Of a stretch of DNA of 64,000 bases, positions 1 through 8,409 are shown one piece after another. A program made the position numbers and the translations under genes. Numbering within the stretch: position 1 is the first letter of the stretch; every line of letters starts with the position of its first letter. Location: NCBI GenBank assembly GCA_036389795.1, contig DASVWD010000057.1:22681-86680 (forward strand). Direction: 5' to 3'. The DNA is from Longimicrobium sp. GTDB taxonomy: Bacteria; Gemmatimonadota; Gemmatimonadetes; Longimicrobiales; Longimicrobiaceae. A model generated the notes under the pieces. That model was not told the origin of the DNA and ran no database searches. It saw only the letters and a list, made by a program, of their open reading frames with translations.

Positions 1-1
1 C

Positions 2-706
2 GCCGTGCCGGTGCGCATGGAGGTGATCTGCGTCGACGACGCCTCCACCGACGGCACCCGCGCGGTGCTGGAGGCGCTGCACCGCGAGGGGCTCGTCCAC
101 CACCTCCTGCTGCACCCCGAGAACCGGGGGAAGGGCTCGGCGGTGCGCACGGGGATCCAGCACGCCACGGGCGACGTGGTGGTGGTGCACGACGCCGACC
201 TGGAGTACGACCCGTTCGACCTGCCGCGCCTGCTGGAGCCGATCGCCGACGGGCGCGCCGACGCGGTGTTCGGCAGCCGCTTCCTGGGCAGCCCCCGGCG
301 CGTGCTCTACTTCTGGCACCGGGTGGGCAACGGGGTGCTGACGCTCCTCTCCAACATGATGACCGACCTGAACCTCACCGACATGGAGACGTGCTACAAG
401 ATGGTCCGCGCGGACCTCCTGAAGCGCCTCCCCCTGAAGACGAAGCGGTTCGGGATCGAGCCCGAGCTCACCGCGCGCCTGGCCCAGGCGCAGGCGCGCG
501 TGTACGAGGTGCCGATCAGCTACGACGGCCGCACCTACGCCGAGGGGAAGAAGATCGGCTGGCGCGACGGGATCGCGGCGTTCTGGCACATCGCGCGGGC
601 CAACTTCTTCCGCCCCCGGAGCGTCCCCTCCGCCCGCGACCTGCCGGCGGTGGGCGACGGCCCCTCGGTGTTCCGCCCCGTCCCTTTCGTGAGGGCCGCC
701 GGCTGA
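2..706 (+). CDS. Family 2 glycosyltransferase (DPM1/GtrB-like GT-A fold), 5' end cut by the window edge
   Basis: ORF 5..706 is open back to base 2. Motifs ICVDDASTDGT, NRGKGSAV and DADLEYDP (DxD) are typical of GT2. High GC3. Confidence 0.85.
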   Translation, partial: AVPVRMEVICVDDASTDGTRAVLEALHREGLVHHLLLHPENRGKGSAVRTGIQHATGDVVVVHDADLEYDPFDLPRLLEPIADGRADAVFGSRFLGSPRRVLYFWHRVGNGVLTLLSNMMTDLNLTDMETCYKMVRADLLKRLPLKTKRFGIEPELTARLAQAQARVYEVPISYDGRTYAEGKKIGWRDGIAAFWHIARANFFRPRSVPSARDLPAVGDGPSVFRPVPFVRAAG

Positions 707-751
707 GCGGCGGCGACTGAATTTCGAGGCAGCGCGCCTCACCAGAATTGT

Positions 752-798
752 GCGGGCGGCGGAGCTCTCCCACGGGCTCCGCCGCCCGCCGCTTTTTC
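752..798 (+). terminator. Rho-independent terminator after the GT2 gene
   Basis: 14-bp perfect stem GCGGGCGGCGGAGC / GCTCCGCCGCCCGC, 10-nt loop, then CGCTTTTT. Confidence 0.7.
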
Positions 799-995
799 GT
801 CTCCCGCGGAAATCCGCCCCGCGCGCGGGTTCCCGGCCTTCCTGCAGCCAGGGCCGAGCCTCGCCCGCTCCCGGCACCCGTCCTGCTCCACCCCGCCGCA
901 GCCGTTTCCGGCCCGAACGCACGCAGCGAGGACGAGACCTGTCCCGCGGCGGGCGGAATCCGGGCACGCGCTTCCCCCCTGACCGGAGCAGGCGG

Positions 996-1199
996 ATGAA
1001 GAAGCTCAAGCTGGAGATCGACGACCTGGCCGTGGAGTCGTTCGCGCCGGGCGAGGGGTCCGGACCGGGCGGCGGGACGGTGCACGGGCTGGAGCTGGGG
1101 CCCACGATCCCGAGCTGCCCCTCGTTCAACCTCTGCCCCACCGACGACTGCCCGACGCCGGGATGTCCGACGAGCGACACCACCCTCTGCCGCTGCTGA
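996..1199 (+). CDS. Putative RiPP precursor peptide P1 (67 aa, 6 Cys)
   Basis: ATG at 996, in frame inside track ORF 750..1199. GGAG lies 8 nt upstream. Sequence MKKLKLEIDDLAVESF...GTVHGLE...SCPSFNLCPTDDCPTPGCPTSDTTLCRC. Very high GC3. Paralog of P2. Confidence 0.75.
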   Translation: MKKLKLEIDDLAVESFAPGEGSGPGGGTVHGLELGPTIPSCPSFNLCPTDDCPTPGCPTSDTTLCRC

Positions 1200-1212
1200 C
1201 GAGGAGGCCCCG

Positions 1213-1413
1213 ATGAAGAAGCTGAAGCTGGAGCTGGACGAGCTGGCCGTGGAGTCGTTCGCGCCCGGCACGGACGCCGAGGCGGAGGGCGGCACCGTCC
1301 ACGGGCGGGAGATGGCGCCGACGCGGAGCTGCCCCTCGCTCGACATCTGCCCCACCGACCTCTGCCTGACGCCGGCGTGCCCGACGAGCTCGACCACCCT
1401 CTGCCGCTGCTGA
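1213..1413 (+). CDS. Putative RiPP precursor peptide P2 (66 aa, 6 Cys)
   Basis: Track ORF. GAGGAGG Shine-Dalgarno. Sequence MKKLKLELDELAVESF...GTVHGRE...SCPSLDICPTDLCLTPACPTSSTTLCRC. Confidence 0.8.
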   Translation: MKKLKLELDELAVESFAPGTDAEAEGGTVHGREMAPTRSCPSLDICPTDLCLTPACPTSSTTLCRC

Positions 1414-1425
1414 CCGGGAGGTCGG

Positions 1426-1614
1426 ATGAAGAAGCTGAAGCTGGACCTGGACGGGCTGGCGGTCGACTCGTTCGCGACCCTGGCCGGGACCGCGCACCGG
1501 GGGACCGTGGACGGGCGCGAGCCGCGGCCGACGCTCGAGACCATCTGCGGCAGCACGTGGCTGGTGTCGAACCCCACCTGCCGCCCCTGCACCCCACGCT
1601 ACCAGGAGGGCTGA
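1426..1614 (+). CDS. Putative RiPP precursor peptide P3 (62 aa, 3 Cys)
   Basis: Track ORF. GGGAGG Shine-Dalgarno. Sequence MKKLKLDLDGLAVDSF...GTVDGRE...ICGSTWLVSNPTCRPCTPRYQEG. Confidence 0.8.
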   Translation: MKKLKLDLDGLAVDSFATLAGTAHRGTVDGREPRPTLETICGSTWLVSNPTCRPCTPRYQEG

Positions 1615-1617
1615 GCG

Positions 1618-1806
1618 ATGAAGAAGCTGAAGCTGGCGCTGGAAGACCTCGCCGTCGATTCCTTCTCGACCCTGTCCGAGACGGCCGGCCGCGGGACCGT
1701 GGACGGGCGCGAGGCGATCCCCACCATCCGCCCCGTCTGCGGCAGCACGCTCCTCGTGTCGGACCCGACGTGCTGCCCGTGCACGCCGCGCTACGAGGAG
1801 GGCTGA
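1618..1806 (+). CDS. Putative RiPP precursor peptide P4 (62 aa, 4 Cys)
   Basis: Track ORF. The AGGAGGG Shine-Dalgarno is embedded in the last codons of P3. Sequence MKKLKLALEDLAVDSF...GTVDGRE...VCGSTLLVSDPTCCPCTPRYEEG. Confidence 0.8.
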   Translation: MKKLKLALEDLAVDSFSTLSETAGRGTVDGREAIPTIRPVCGSTLLVSDPTCCPCTPRYEEG

Positions 1807-1809
1807 GCG

Positions 1810-1989
1810 ATGCGGAAGCTCAAGCTGGAGCTGGAGGAGCTGGCGGTCGACACCTTCGCCACCCTCCCCGAGACGGCCGGGCGCGGCACCGTCGGCGCCC
1901 GGGAGGAGGTGCCGACGCTGCGCACCGTGTGCAGCCCTTCGCTGCTCGACTCGAACCCGACCTGCTGTCCGTGGAGGTGTGAAGGATGA
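1810..1989 (+). CDS. Putative RiPP precursor peptide P5 (59 aa, 4 Cys); not in the supplied ORF track
   Basis: Hand translation from ATG 1810: MRKLKLELEELAVDTFATLPETAGRGTVGAREEVPTLRTVCSPSLLDSNPTCCPWRCEG, stop TGA at 1987-1989. The Shine-Dalgarno lies in the last codons of P4. Confidence 0.75.
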   Translation: MRKLKLELEELAVDTFATLPETAGRGTVGAREEVPTLRTVCSPSLLDSNPTCCPWRCEG

Positions 1990-2162
1990 AGAAGCTCACG
2001 CTGGAGATCGACGAGCTGGCGGTCGAGACCTTCGCGGCCGACGGGGACGCCGGGATGGACGCCGGCACCGTCGAGGGGCAGGAGCTCGCGCCGACCATTC
2101 TCAAGCTGTGCACCGCGATGACGGGCCTCTGCCCCTGCACCCCGCACGCGGCGGACTTCTGA
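1986..2162 (+). CDS. Putative RiPP precursor peptide P6 (58 aa, 3 Cys); not in the supplied ORF track
   Basis: Hand translation from ATG 1986, which overlaps the P5 stop as ATGA: MKKLTLEIDELAVETFAADGDAGMDAGTVEGQELAPTILKLCTAMTGLCPCTPHAADF, stop at 2160-2162. GGAGG Shine-Dalgarno upstream. Confidence 0.7.
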   Translation: MKKLTLEIDELAVETFAADGDAGMDAGTVEGQELAPTILKLCTAMTGLCPCTPHAADF

Positions 2163-2166
2163 TAAA

Positions 2167-2253
2167 CAGAGTCCGGCAAAGACTTGTCTCACGCAGAGTC
2201 AGCAGCGTCAGCGGAGGGTTTTCTCTGCTGACTCTGCTGACTCTGCGTGAGGC
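2167..2253. repeat. Repeat family D copy 1 (about 90 bp; long hairpin with 9-nt tandem units); probable terminator of the peptide array
   Basis: Sequence CAGAGTCCGGCAAAG...CTCACGCAGAGTCAGCAGCGTCAGCGGAG / CTCTGCTGACTCTGCTGACTCTGCGTGAG. Hairpin at 2188-2251, starting 5 nt after the P6 stop. A second copy in inverse orientation is at 60107-60204. Confidence 0.8.
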
Positions 2254-2282
2254 TATGTCTTGTTTTCTGTTTTCCGAACGAC

Positions 2283-2476
2283 GTCATCCCGAGCGGCGCC
2301 GGCGCCGACTTTCACCCCGCGAGGATGCTCGGCGGCGCCCGAGGGATCTACTCACCCTGACGCGAGGCCGGATCGGTGCTGCGAGCCGGCCACAGGCAGG
2401 GGGGGTAGATTCTTCAGTCGCCGCCGGGGATTCGGTGCGAGGGACGGTTCGGCGCAGCGGCTCCTTCAGAATGACA
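2283..2476. repeat. Repeat family F: two inverted REP-like units (GTCATyCyGAG...GArGrATCTAC)
   Basis: Unit 1 is 2283-2354. Unit 2 is 2405-2476 in reverse orientation. A short copy is at 40992-41032. Confidence 0.7.
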
Positions 2477-2499
2477 GATCGTTGGGAGATCGAGACCAG

Positions 2500-2937
2500 T
2501 CAGTGCCCGGTGGAGCCGAAGCCTCCGGTGCCGCGGCCGCTCTCGCTCAGCTCGGCGGCCTCGGCGATCGTGGGGACCTCGAAGCGCGCGAAGACGAGTT
2601 GGGCGATGCGGGTGCCGCGCGGGACCGGCACCGGCTCCGCGCCCGAGTTCCAGACGATCACGCGCAGCTCGCCGCGGTAGTCGGGGTCGATGGTGGCGGG
2701 CGAGTTGGGGAGCATGATCCCGTGCCGGAGCGCCAGCCCCGAGCGCGGGCGCACCTGGCACTCCACGTCGGGCGGCAGCTCCATCTCCAGCCCCGTGTGC
2801 ACCAGCCGCCGCTCGCCCGGCTGCAGCACGAAGTCAGGCTCGGCGCTGGCCACGTCGAAGCCCGCCGCGCCGGGCGTGGCGCGGGAGGGCAGCGGGAGGT
2901 CGGGGTTGCTCGGCAGGCGGCGGAAGCGGACTTCCAT
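2500..2937 (-). CDS. dut: dUTP diphosphatase
   Basis: 145 aa. Motifs AAGFDV, RSGLALRHGI, IDPDYRGEL and GTGGFGSTG. Confidence 0.95.
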   Translation of the reverse strand: MEVRFRRLPSNPDLPLPSRATPGAAGFDVASAEPDFVLQPGERRLVHTGLEMELPPDVECQVRPRSGLALRHGIMLPNSPATIDPDYRGELRVIVWNSGAEPVPVPRGTRIAQLVFARFEVPTIAEAAELSESGRGTGGFGSTGH

Positions 2938-2941
2938 GGAC

Positions 2942-3060
2942 GGCAGGGGACAGGGAACAGGGGACAGACGGCGACCGCAGGGATCGGGATGCGGGCAGGG
3001 GACAGCTCCGCACCGGGTGGTGCCTGCCGTCCCCTGTAACCTGTACCCTGTCCCCTTGCC
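2942..3060. repeat. Repeat family A copy 1: inverted arms of tandem GGG(G/A/T)ACA heptamers
   Basis: Left arm GGGGACAGGGAACAGGGGACAG. Right arm CCCCTGTAACCTGTACCCTGTCCCC. Fills the dut-ald spacer. Confidence 0.75.
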
Positions 3061-3063
3061 GTC

Positions 3064-4182
3064 CTAGCTGGCCGACAGCACCTCGTCCAGCGGCGTCAGC
3101 GGCAGCCCGAAGGCCTCGGCCACGCCCGGGTAGACCACCTTGCCGTGGACGATGTTCAGGCCCAGCGCCAGCGCGCGGTCCGCCCGGCACGCCTCCTCCC
3201 ACCCCACCCGGGACAGGTGGGCCGCGTAGGGGAAGGTGGCGTTGGTGAGCGCCAGCGTGGAGGTGCGCGGCACGCCGCCCGGCATGTTCGCCACGCCGTA
3301 GTGGATCACGCCGTCCACCTCGTAGATCGGGTTCTCGTGCGTGGTGGGGCGGATCGTTTCCACGCAGCCGCCCTGGTCCACCGCCACGTCCACGATCACC
3401 GAGCCCTTCTTCATCAGCCTGAGGTCCTCGCGCTTGACCAGCTTGGGCGCCTTGGCCCCGGGCAGGAGCACGGCGCCCACCAGCAGGTCGGCCCGCGCGA
3501 GGAGATCCAGCAGGTTGTGCCGGTTGGAGTAGATCACGTCCACGTTGGCCGGCATCACGTCCGACAGGTAGCGCAGCCGCTCCAGCGAGCGGTCCAGCAC
3601 GCGCACGTGCGCACCCATCCCGGCCGCCATCTTCGCCGCGTTGGTGCCCACCACGCCCCCGCCGATGATCACCACCTCGGCCGGCGCCACGCCGGGGACG
3701 CCGCCCAGCAGCATCCCGCGGCCGCCGTGGGTGCGCTCCAGGTACTTGGCGCCCGCCTGGATCGCCATGCGCCCCGCCACCTCGCTCATCGGCGTCAGCA
3801 GCGGCAGCTCGCCGCTGGGCAGCTCCACCGTCTCGTAGGCGAGCGCCACGCAGCGGCTGTCGATGATGGCGCGGGTGAGCGTCTCGTCGGCGGCGAAGTG
3901 GAAGTAGGTGAAGAGGAGCTGCCCCTCGCGGATGCGCGGGTACTCCACCGGGATCGGCTCCTTCACCTTCATGATCATCTCGGCGCGCTCCCACACCTCC
4001 TCCACGTCCAGGAGCTGGGCGCCCACCGCCTCGTACTGCGCGTCCTCGAAGCCGCTCCCCAGCCCGGCGCCGCGCTCCACCAGCACCGTGTGGCCGGCGG
4101 CCGCGAACGCCTCGGCCCCGGCGGGCACCAGGGCGATGCGGTTCTCGTTGGTCTTGATCTCCTTGGGGACCCCGATGATCAT
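3064..4182 (-). CDS. ald: Alanine dehydrogenase
   Basis: Start taken at the internal ATG (MIIGVPKEIKTNENRIALVP). Full-length similarity pattern to Ald, including GGGVVGTNAA (NAD site). Confidence 0.93.
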   Translation of the reverse strand: MIIGVPKEIKTNENRIALVPAGAEAFAAAGHTVLVERGAGLGSGFEDAQYEAVGAQLLDVEEVWERAEMIMKVKEPIPVEYPRIREGQLLFTYFHFAADETLTRAIIDSRCVALAYETVELPSGELPLLTPMSEVAGRMAIQAGAKYLERTHGGRGMLLGGVPGVAPAEVVIIGGGVVGTNAAKMAAGMGAHVRVLDRSLERLRYLSDVMPANVDVIYSNRHNLLDLLARADLLVGAVLLPGAKAPKLVKREDLRLMKKGSVIVDVAVDQGGCVETIRPTTHENPIYEVDGVIHYGVANMPGGVPRTSTLALTNATFPYAAHLSRVGWEEACRADRALALGLNIVHGKVVYPGVAEAFGLPLTPLDEVLSAS

Positions 4183-4315
4183 CGTCGTCGAGCGTTCGCG
4201 GTGAGGAAGGCCGGCCCGCGGCCCAGGCGCTGGCGGGCGAGGGCGCACAATATGGCACCCCCGTCCGCGTTTGGCGAGACTGAGCCGGAATCGGTCCGCC
4301 GCCGGCGGCCGCGCC

Positions 4316-5440
4316 CTACCTCCGGGGCGGGAAGCGGCGCAGGAAGGCGGCGGCGAACGGCGAGCGCTCGACCTCGGCGGCGTCCAGCGGGTTGCCCCAC
4401 CACAGCCCCTCGCCGTTGGCGAGCAGGATCAGCGTCAGCCGCTCGTCGGGGAGCTTGAGATACAGGGCCGAGTACGCCCGCTCCCACCACCCCGAGTGCC
4501 AGACGACGCGCCGCCCGTCCACCTCCTGGACGAACCAGCCGATCCCGTACGGCAGCGCCGCCCCGGACCGGGAGCGCCCCGGCCGCCACATCGCCGCCTT
4601 CGACGCGTCCGACAGCAGGCGCCCCTCGTCGAGCGCCAGGTCGAAGCGCGCCAGGTCGAGCACGGTGGAGACCACGCCGCCCGCGGCCCCGTCGCCCTGC
4701 GGCGGCGGGCCGGGCGAGCGGACGAAGGCGTCCGCGGAGTCCGCGTGGTACGGCTTCGCGAGCGCGGCCGCCAGGTCGGCGCGGAGCGGGAGCCCGCGGT
4801 GGACGCGGGCCGAGCGCGCCATCCCCGCGGGCGCGAAGACCTCCTCCGCCACCAGCTCCGAGAAGGGACGGCCGGTCGCCTCCATCATCGGCCGCGAGGC
4901 CCAGGAGTAGGCGACCGGGTTGTAGAAGAACCGCTCGCCCGCGGCGCCGTTCGCCGTCATCGACAGCAGGTGGCGCAGCGTCAGCGGCTCCGTGTCGCAG
5001 CGGAAGTCGGAGAAGAAGACGCGCGGCCCCTCGCGCCGGACGTCGGCGCAGAACCCGGTCCAGCCGCCGTACGACGTCAGCGGCCGGTCGAGGTCGAGCG
5101 CCCCCCGCTCCGCCAGCCGCAGCGCCACGACGGCGGAGACCGGCTTGGTGACCGACGCGATGTCGTACGGCGTGTCTTCCGTGGCGGGGACGCGCGCCTC
5201 CACGTCCGCCCAGCCGAAGCCGCGCGCCAGCACCACGCGCCCGTCGCGCACCACGGCCACGGAGAGCCCGGGGATGCGGTGCGCGCGCCGGAGCGAGTCG
5301 AGCTCGGCCGCGAAGGCGGCAAGGGGTGCGTCCGGCCGCGGTGCAGCCATGGGTGCCGTGCGGTGGAGGGACGGGCCGCACGCGGCGAGCAGCAGCGGAG
5401 CCGCGAGCCGGCAGGCGGAGGAGAAGCGGGGTCTGTTCAT
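4316..5440 (-). CDS. Serine hydrolase, beta-lactamase (class C)/PBP4-related, lipoprotein signal
   Basis: N-terminal LLLAAC lipobox. SxxK motif ASVTKP. 374 aa. Confidence 0.85.
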   Translation of the reverse strand: MNRPRFSSACRLAAPLLLAACGPSLHRTAPMAAPRPDAPLAAFAAELDSLRRAHRIPGLSVAVVRDGRVVLARGFGWADVEARVPATEDTPYDIASVTKPVSAVVALRLAERGALDLDRPLTSYGGWTGFCADVRREGPRVFFSDFRCDTEPLTLRHLLSMTANGAAGERFFYNPVAYSWASRPMMEATGRPFSELVAEEVFAPAGMARSARVHRGLPLRADLAAALAKPYHADSADAFVRSPGPPPQGDGAAGGVVSTVLDLARFDLALDEGRLLSDASKAAMWRPGRSRSGAALPYGIGWFVQEVDGRRVVWHSGWWERAYSALYLKLPDERLTLILLANGEGLWWGNPLDAAEVERSPFAAAFLRRFPPRR

Positions 5441-5558
5441 GGCCGCGGTCTACGCGGCCGGGGGAGGCGAGGTTGCAGGCCGCGCGGCTCCGCGACGAGC
5501 TGGGGAAGCCTCTCCCCGAGCCGGGAGAGGCTTCCCGTCGCCCTGATGCGGGACGGGC

Positions 5559-5867
5559 TCAGTCCGCGCACATGCACTGGCTGGACCCGCAGACGCGCCC
5601 CTGTCGATGCACGCCGGCGCTGTCGTGGTCGGCGGACGCGGCCGGAGCAGGCGCCGCGGCGGGCTCCGGCGCGCGGCCCATCGCCTTGAGCGTGGCGCCC
5701 GAGCCCAGCAGGACGCCGGAGAGCAGCGGCACCAGCCCGCGCCTGAGCCGCGCGAGCGCCTCGGCAGAGACGTGGACCCTGAGCCCGGCCACGGAGTCTC
5801 CCCGGATCTCGAAGCCGCCCTTGCGCGACGGCGCGGGCCGCCGCGGATCGCCGTTCGTCGCCACCAT
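5559..5867 (-). CDS. Hypothetical protein, 102 aa, with a C-terminal CGSSQCMC motif
   Basis: Very high GC3 in this frame. AAGGAGGG immediately upstream of the ATG. No family recognised. Confidence 0.45.
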   Translation of the reverse strand: MVATNGDPRRPAPSRKGGFEIRGDSVAGLRVHVSAEALARLRRGLVPLLSGVLLGSGATLKAMGRAPEPAAAPAPAASADHDSAGVHRQGRVCGSSQCMCAD

Positions 5868-6037
5868 GCCCTCCTTGAGCCGCGCTCAGCCAGGTGAACA
5901 CAGGCGCCGCGGACCTCCCGCGCGCCTCCGCCGGGGTCCGGGCGCCCGCACGACGCACGCCGCTTTCCTGGGAATCGATCGAGAAGACCTTTCGCGAGCT
6001 CATCCTATCCGCGCCGAAGCCGGTCTCCACGCCGAAC

Positions 6038-6091
6038 CAGCCTGCGCAGGCAGGCTTCTCGCCGTTGTTGCCGCGGCTTCAGCCGCCTTCG
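6038..6091. repeat. Repeat family G copy 1 (core GTTGTTGCCGCGGCTTCAGCCGCCTT)
   Basis: A near-identical 26-nt core recurs at 30569-30594. Both copies lie just 3' of a minus-strand stop codon (pnp, uvrD). Confidence 0.7.
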
Positions 6092-6181
6092 AGCCATACC
6101 GGCACCCACGCACGAAAGCCCCTCCCCCGGCGAACCGGGAGAGGGGCTTCGTCCGTCGAGCCGCCGCGGCGCCGGGCGCCG

Positions 6182-8290
6182 TCAGTCGGCCGCCTGGCCG
6201 CGCTCGGCGAGCTCCTTGAGCGCCGCCTTGCGGGAGAGGCGCAGCCGCCCCTTCTCGTCGATGTGCAGGAGCTTCACGGGGATCTGGTCGCCCTTCTTGA
6301 CCACGTCCTCGGTCTTGTCCACCCGGCCCTCCTGCAGCTCGGAGATGTGCACCAGCCCCTCGGTGCCGGGGGTGATCTCCACGAAGGCGCCGAACGCGGT
6401 GGTGCTCTTCACCGTGCCGTCGTAGATGCGGCCCACCTCGGGCTCCTCGGTGAGCCCCATGATCATCTTGCGCGCGCGCTCGCCGCCCTCGCCGCTCACG
6501 CTGGCGATGGTGACGGTGCCGTCGTCGTCGATGTTGATGGTGGCGCCCGTGGCGTCCTGGATGCCGCGGATCGTCTTCCCCTTGGGCCCGATCACCTCGC
6601 CGATCTTCGACGGGTTGATCTTGACGGTGATGATGCGCGGCGCGAACGGGGAGAGCTCCGCGCGCGGCTCGGGGAGCGCCTGCTCCATCAGCCCCAGGAT
6701 GTGCATCCGCGCGCGGTGCGCCTTCTCGAGCGCCTCGCGCATGATCTCCAGGGTGAGCCCCTCGATCTTGATGTCCATCTGGATCGAGGTGACGCCGCCG
6801 CGGGTGCCGGCCACCTTGAAGTCCATGTCGCCCAGCGCGTCCTCGGCGCCCAGGATGTCGGTGAGCACCGCCACCCGGTCACCCTCCTTGATGAGCCCCA
6901 TCGCCACGCCCGCCACGGCCGCGCGCATCGGCACGCCCGCGTCCATCAGCGCCAGCGACCCCGCGCACACCGAGGCCATCGACGAGCTGCCGTTCGACTC
7001 CAGGATGTCGCTCACCACGCGGATGGTGTAGGGGAACTCGTCCACCGGCGGCAGGAGCGGCTCCAGCGCCCGCTCGGCCAGCGCGCCGTGGCCGATCTCG
7101 CGGCGGCTGGTGCCGCGCATGGGGCGCACCTCGCCGGTGGCGTACGGCGGGAAGTTGTAGTGCAGCATGAAGCTCTTGTTCTGCTGCTGCGCGTAGTCGA
7201 TGGTGTCGTACGCCTGCGCGTCGTCCTGCGTGCCCAGCGTGGCCGTGCCCAGCGCCTGCGTCTGGCCGCGGGTGAAGAGCGCCGAGCCGTGCGTGCGCGG
7301 CAGCACCCCCACCTCGATGTGGATCGGGCGCACCTCGTCGGGGCCGCGCCCGTCGGAGCGGACACCCTCGACCAGGATCATCTCGCGCATCTCGCGCTTC
7401 TCGATGTCCTTGACCACGCTGCCGGCGTCCTTCTCCGCGTTCTCGAACTCCTCCGCCAGCGCGGCCACCACGTCGGCCTTGAGCTCGGCGATGGCGTTGT
7501 TGCGCTCGCTCTTGTCGGCGATGCGCAGCGCCTGCCGGACGCGCTCCTCGGCCAGGGCGTCCACGCGCGCCCGGAAGGCGGGGTCGATCTCGCGCGGCGT
7601 CCACTCCATCGTGGGCGGGATCTCCACCTGCGCCATCAGCTCGCGCTGGATCCCGATCAGCTCCTTGATCCCGGCGTGCGCCACCACCAGCCCCTCGGCG
7701 ATGTCCTCCTCGGGCACCTCCAGCGCGCCGCCCTCCACCATCATGATCGCGTCTTCCGAGCCGGCCACGATCACGTCGACGTCGCTGTACTCGAGCTGCT
7801 GGAAGGTGGGGTTCAGGACCCACTGCCCCTGGATGCGCCCCACGCGCACCGCGGCGATCGGCCCCGCGAAGGGGATGCGCGAGAGGGAGAGGGCCAGCGA
7901 CGCGCCGGTGATCCCCAGCACGTCGGCGTCGTTCTCCTGGTCGGCCGACACCACGGTGACGAAGATCTGCGTCTCGTTGGCGAAGCCGTCGGGGAAGAGC
8001 GGCCTGAGCGGCCGGTCCACCAGGCGGGCGGAGAGGATCTCCTTGTCGGAGGGGCGCCCCTCGCGCTTGATGAAGCCGCCGGGGAACTTCCCCGCGGCGT
8101 AGGTCCGCTCGCGGTACTCGACCGTGAGGGGGAAGAAGGGAAGGTGCGTCGGCGTCTCCTGAGCCGTCGCGGTGCACAGCACCATGGTCTCCCCGTACAT
8201 GATGGTGCACGACCCGTCCGCCAGACGGGCCATCTTCCCCGTCTCGAGGGTGAGGTTCCGCCCCGCGAACTGCCTCTCCAGCTTTGCCAT
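6182..8290 (-). CDS. pnp: Polyribonucleotide nucleotidyltransferase (PNPase)
   Basis: Start at the internal ATG ([21 protein letters not shown]). Two RNase PH domains plus KH and S1 tail. Confidence 0.97.
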   Translation of the reverse strand: MAKLERQFAGRNLTLETGKMARLADGSCTIMYGETMVLCTATAQETPTHLPFFPLTVEYRERTYAAGKFPGGFIKREGRPSDKEILSARLVDRPLRPLFPDGFANETQIFVTVVSADQENDADVLGITGASLALSLSRIPFAGPIAAVRVGRIQGQWVLNPTFQQLEYSDVDVIVAGSEDAIMMVEGGALEVPEEDIAEGLVVAHAGIKELIGIQRELMAQVEIPPTMEWTPREIDPAFRARVDALAEERVRQALRIADKSERNNAIAELKADVVAALAEEFENAEKDAGSVVKDIEKREMREMILVEGVRSDGRGPDEVRPIHIEVGVLPRTHGSALFTRGQTQALGTATLGTQDDAQAYDTIDYAQQQNKSFMLHYNFPPYATGEVRPMRGTSRREIGHGALAERALEPLLPPVDEFPYTIRVVSDILESNGSSSMASVCAGSLALMDAGVPMRAAVAGVAMGLIKEGDRVAVLTDILGAEDALGDMDFKVAGTRGGVTSIQMDIKIEGLTLEIMREALEKAHRARMHILGLMEQALPEPRAELSPFAPRIITVKINPSKIGEVIGPKGKTIRGIQDATGATINIDDDGTVTIASVSGEGGERARKMIMGLTEEPEVGRIYDGTVKSTTAFGAFVEITPGTEGLVHISELQEGRVDKTEDVVKKGDQIPVKLLHIDEKGRLRLSRKAALKELAERGQAAD

Positions 8291-8409
8291 TTTCCGGTTT
8301 CCGTTCTCTTGGTTGCCTGGGGAAGGCCGCGAAGACGGCCCGCGCTCCCCAGCGACGCGGACCGGTAGCTTTTCTGTCTCCGCTTTTGGTCTGCACAAGA
8401 ACGCGCGAA

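Noticed and set aside
750-995. Upstream part of track ORF 750..1199 as an extended P1
   Set aside because: The extension overlaps the GT2 terminator hairpin and has no similarity to the other five peptides. The conserved MKKLKL start with a Shine-Dalgarno is at 996.
5894-8368. 824-aa plus-strand ORF, plus several 200-500-aa ORFs overlapping pnp
   Set aside because: All are antisense or out of frame relative to PNPase, and all are low complexity.
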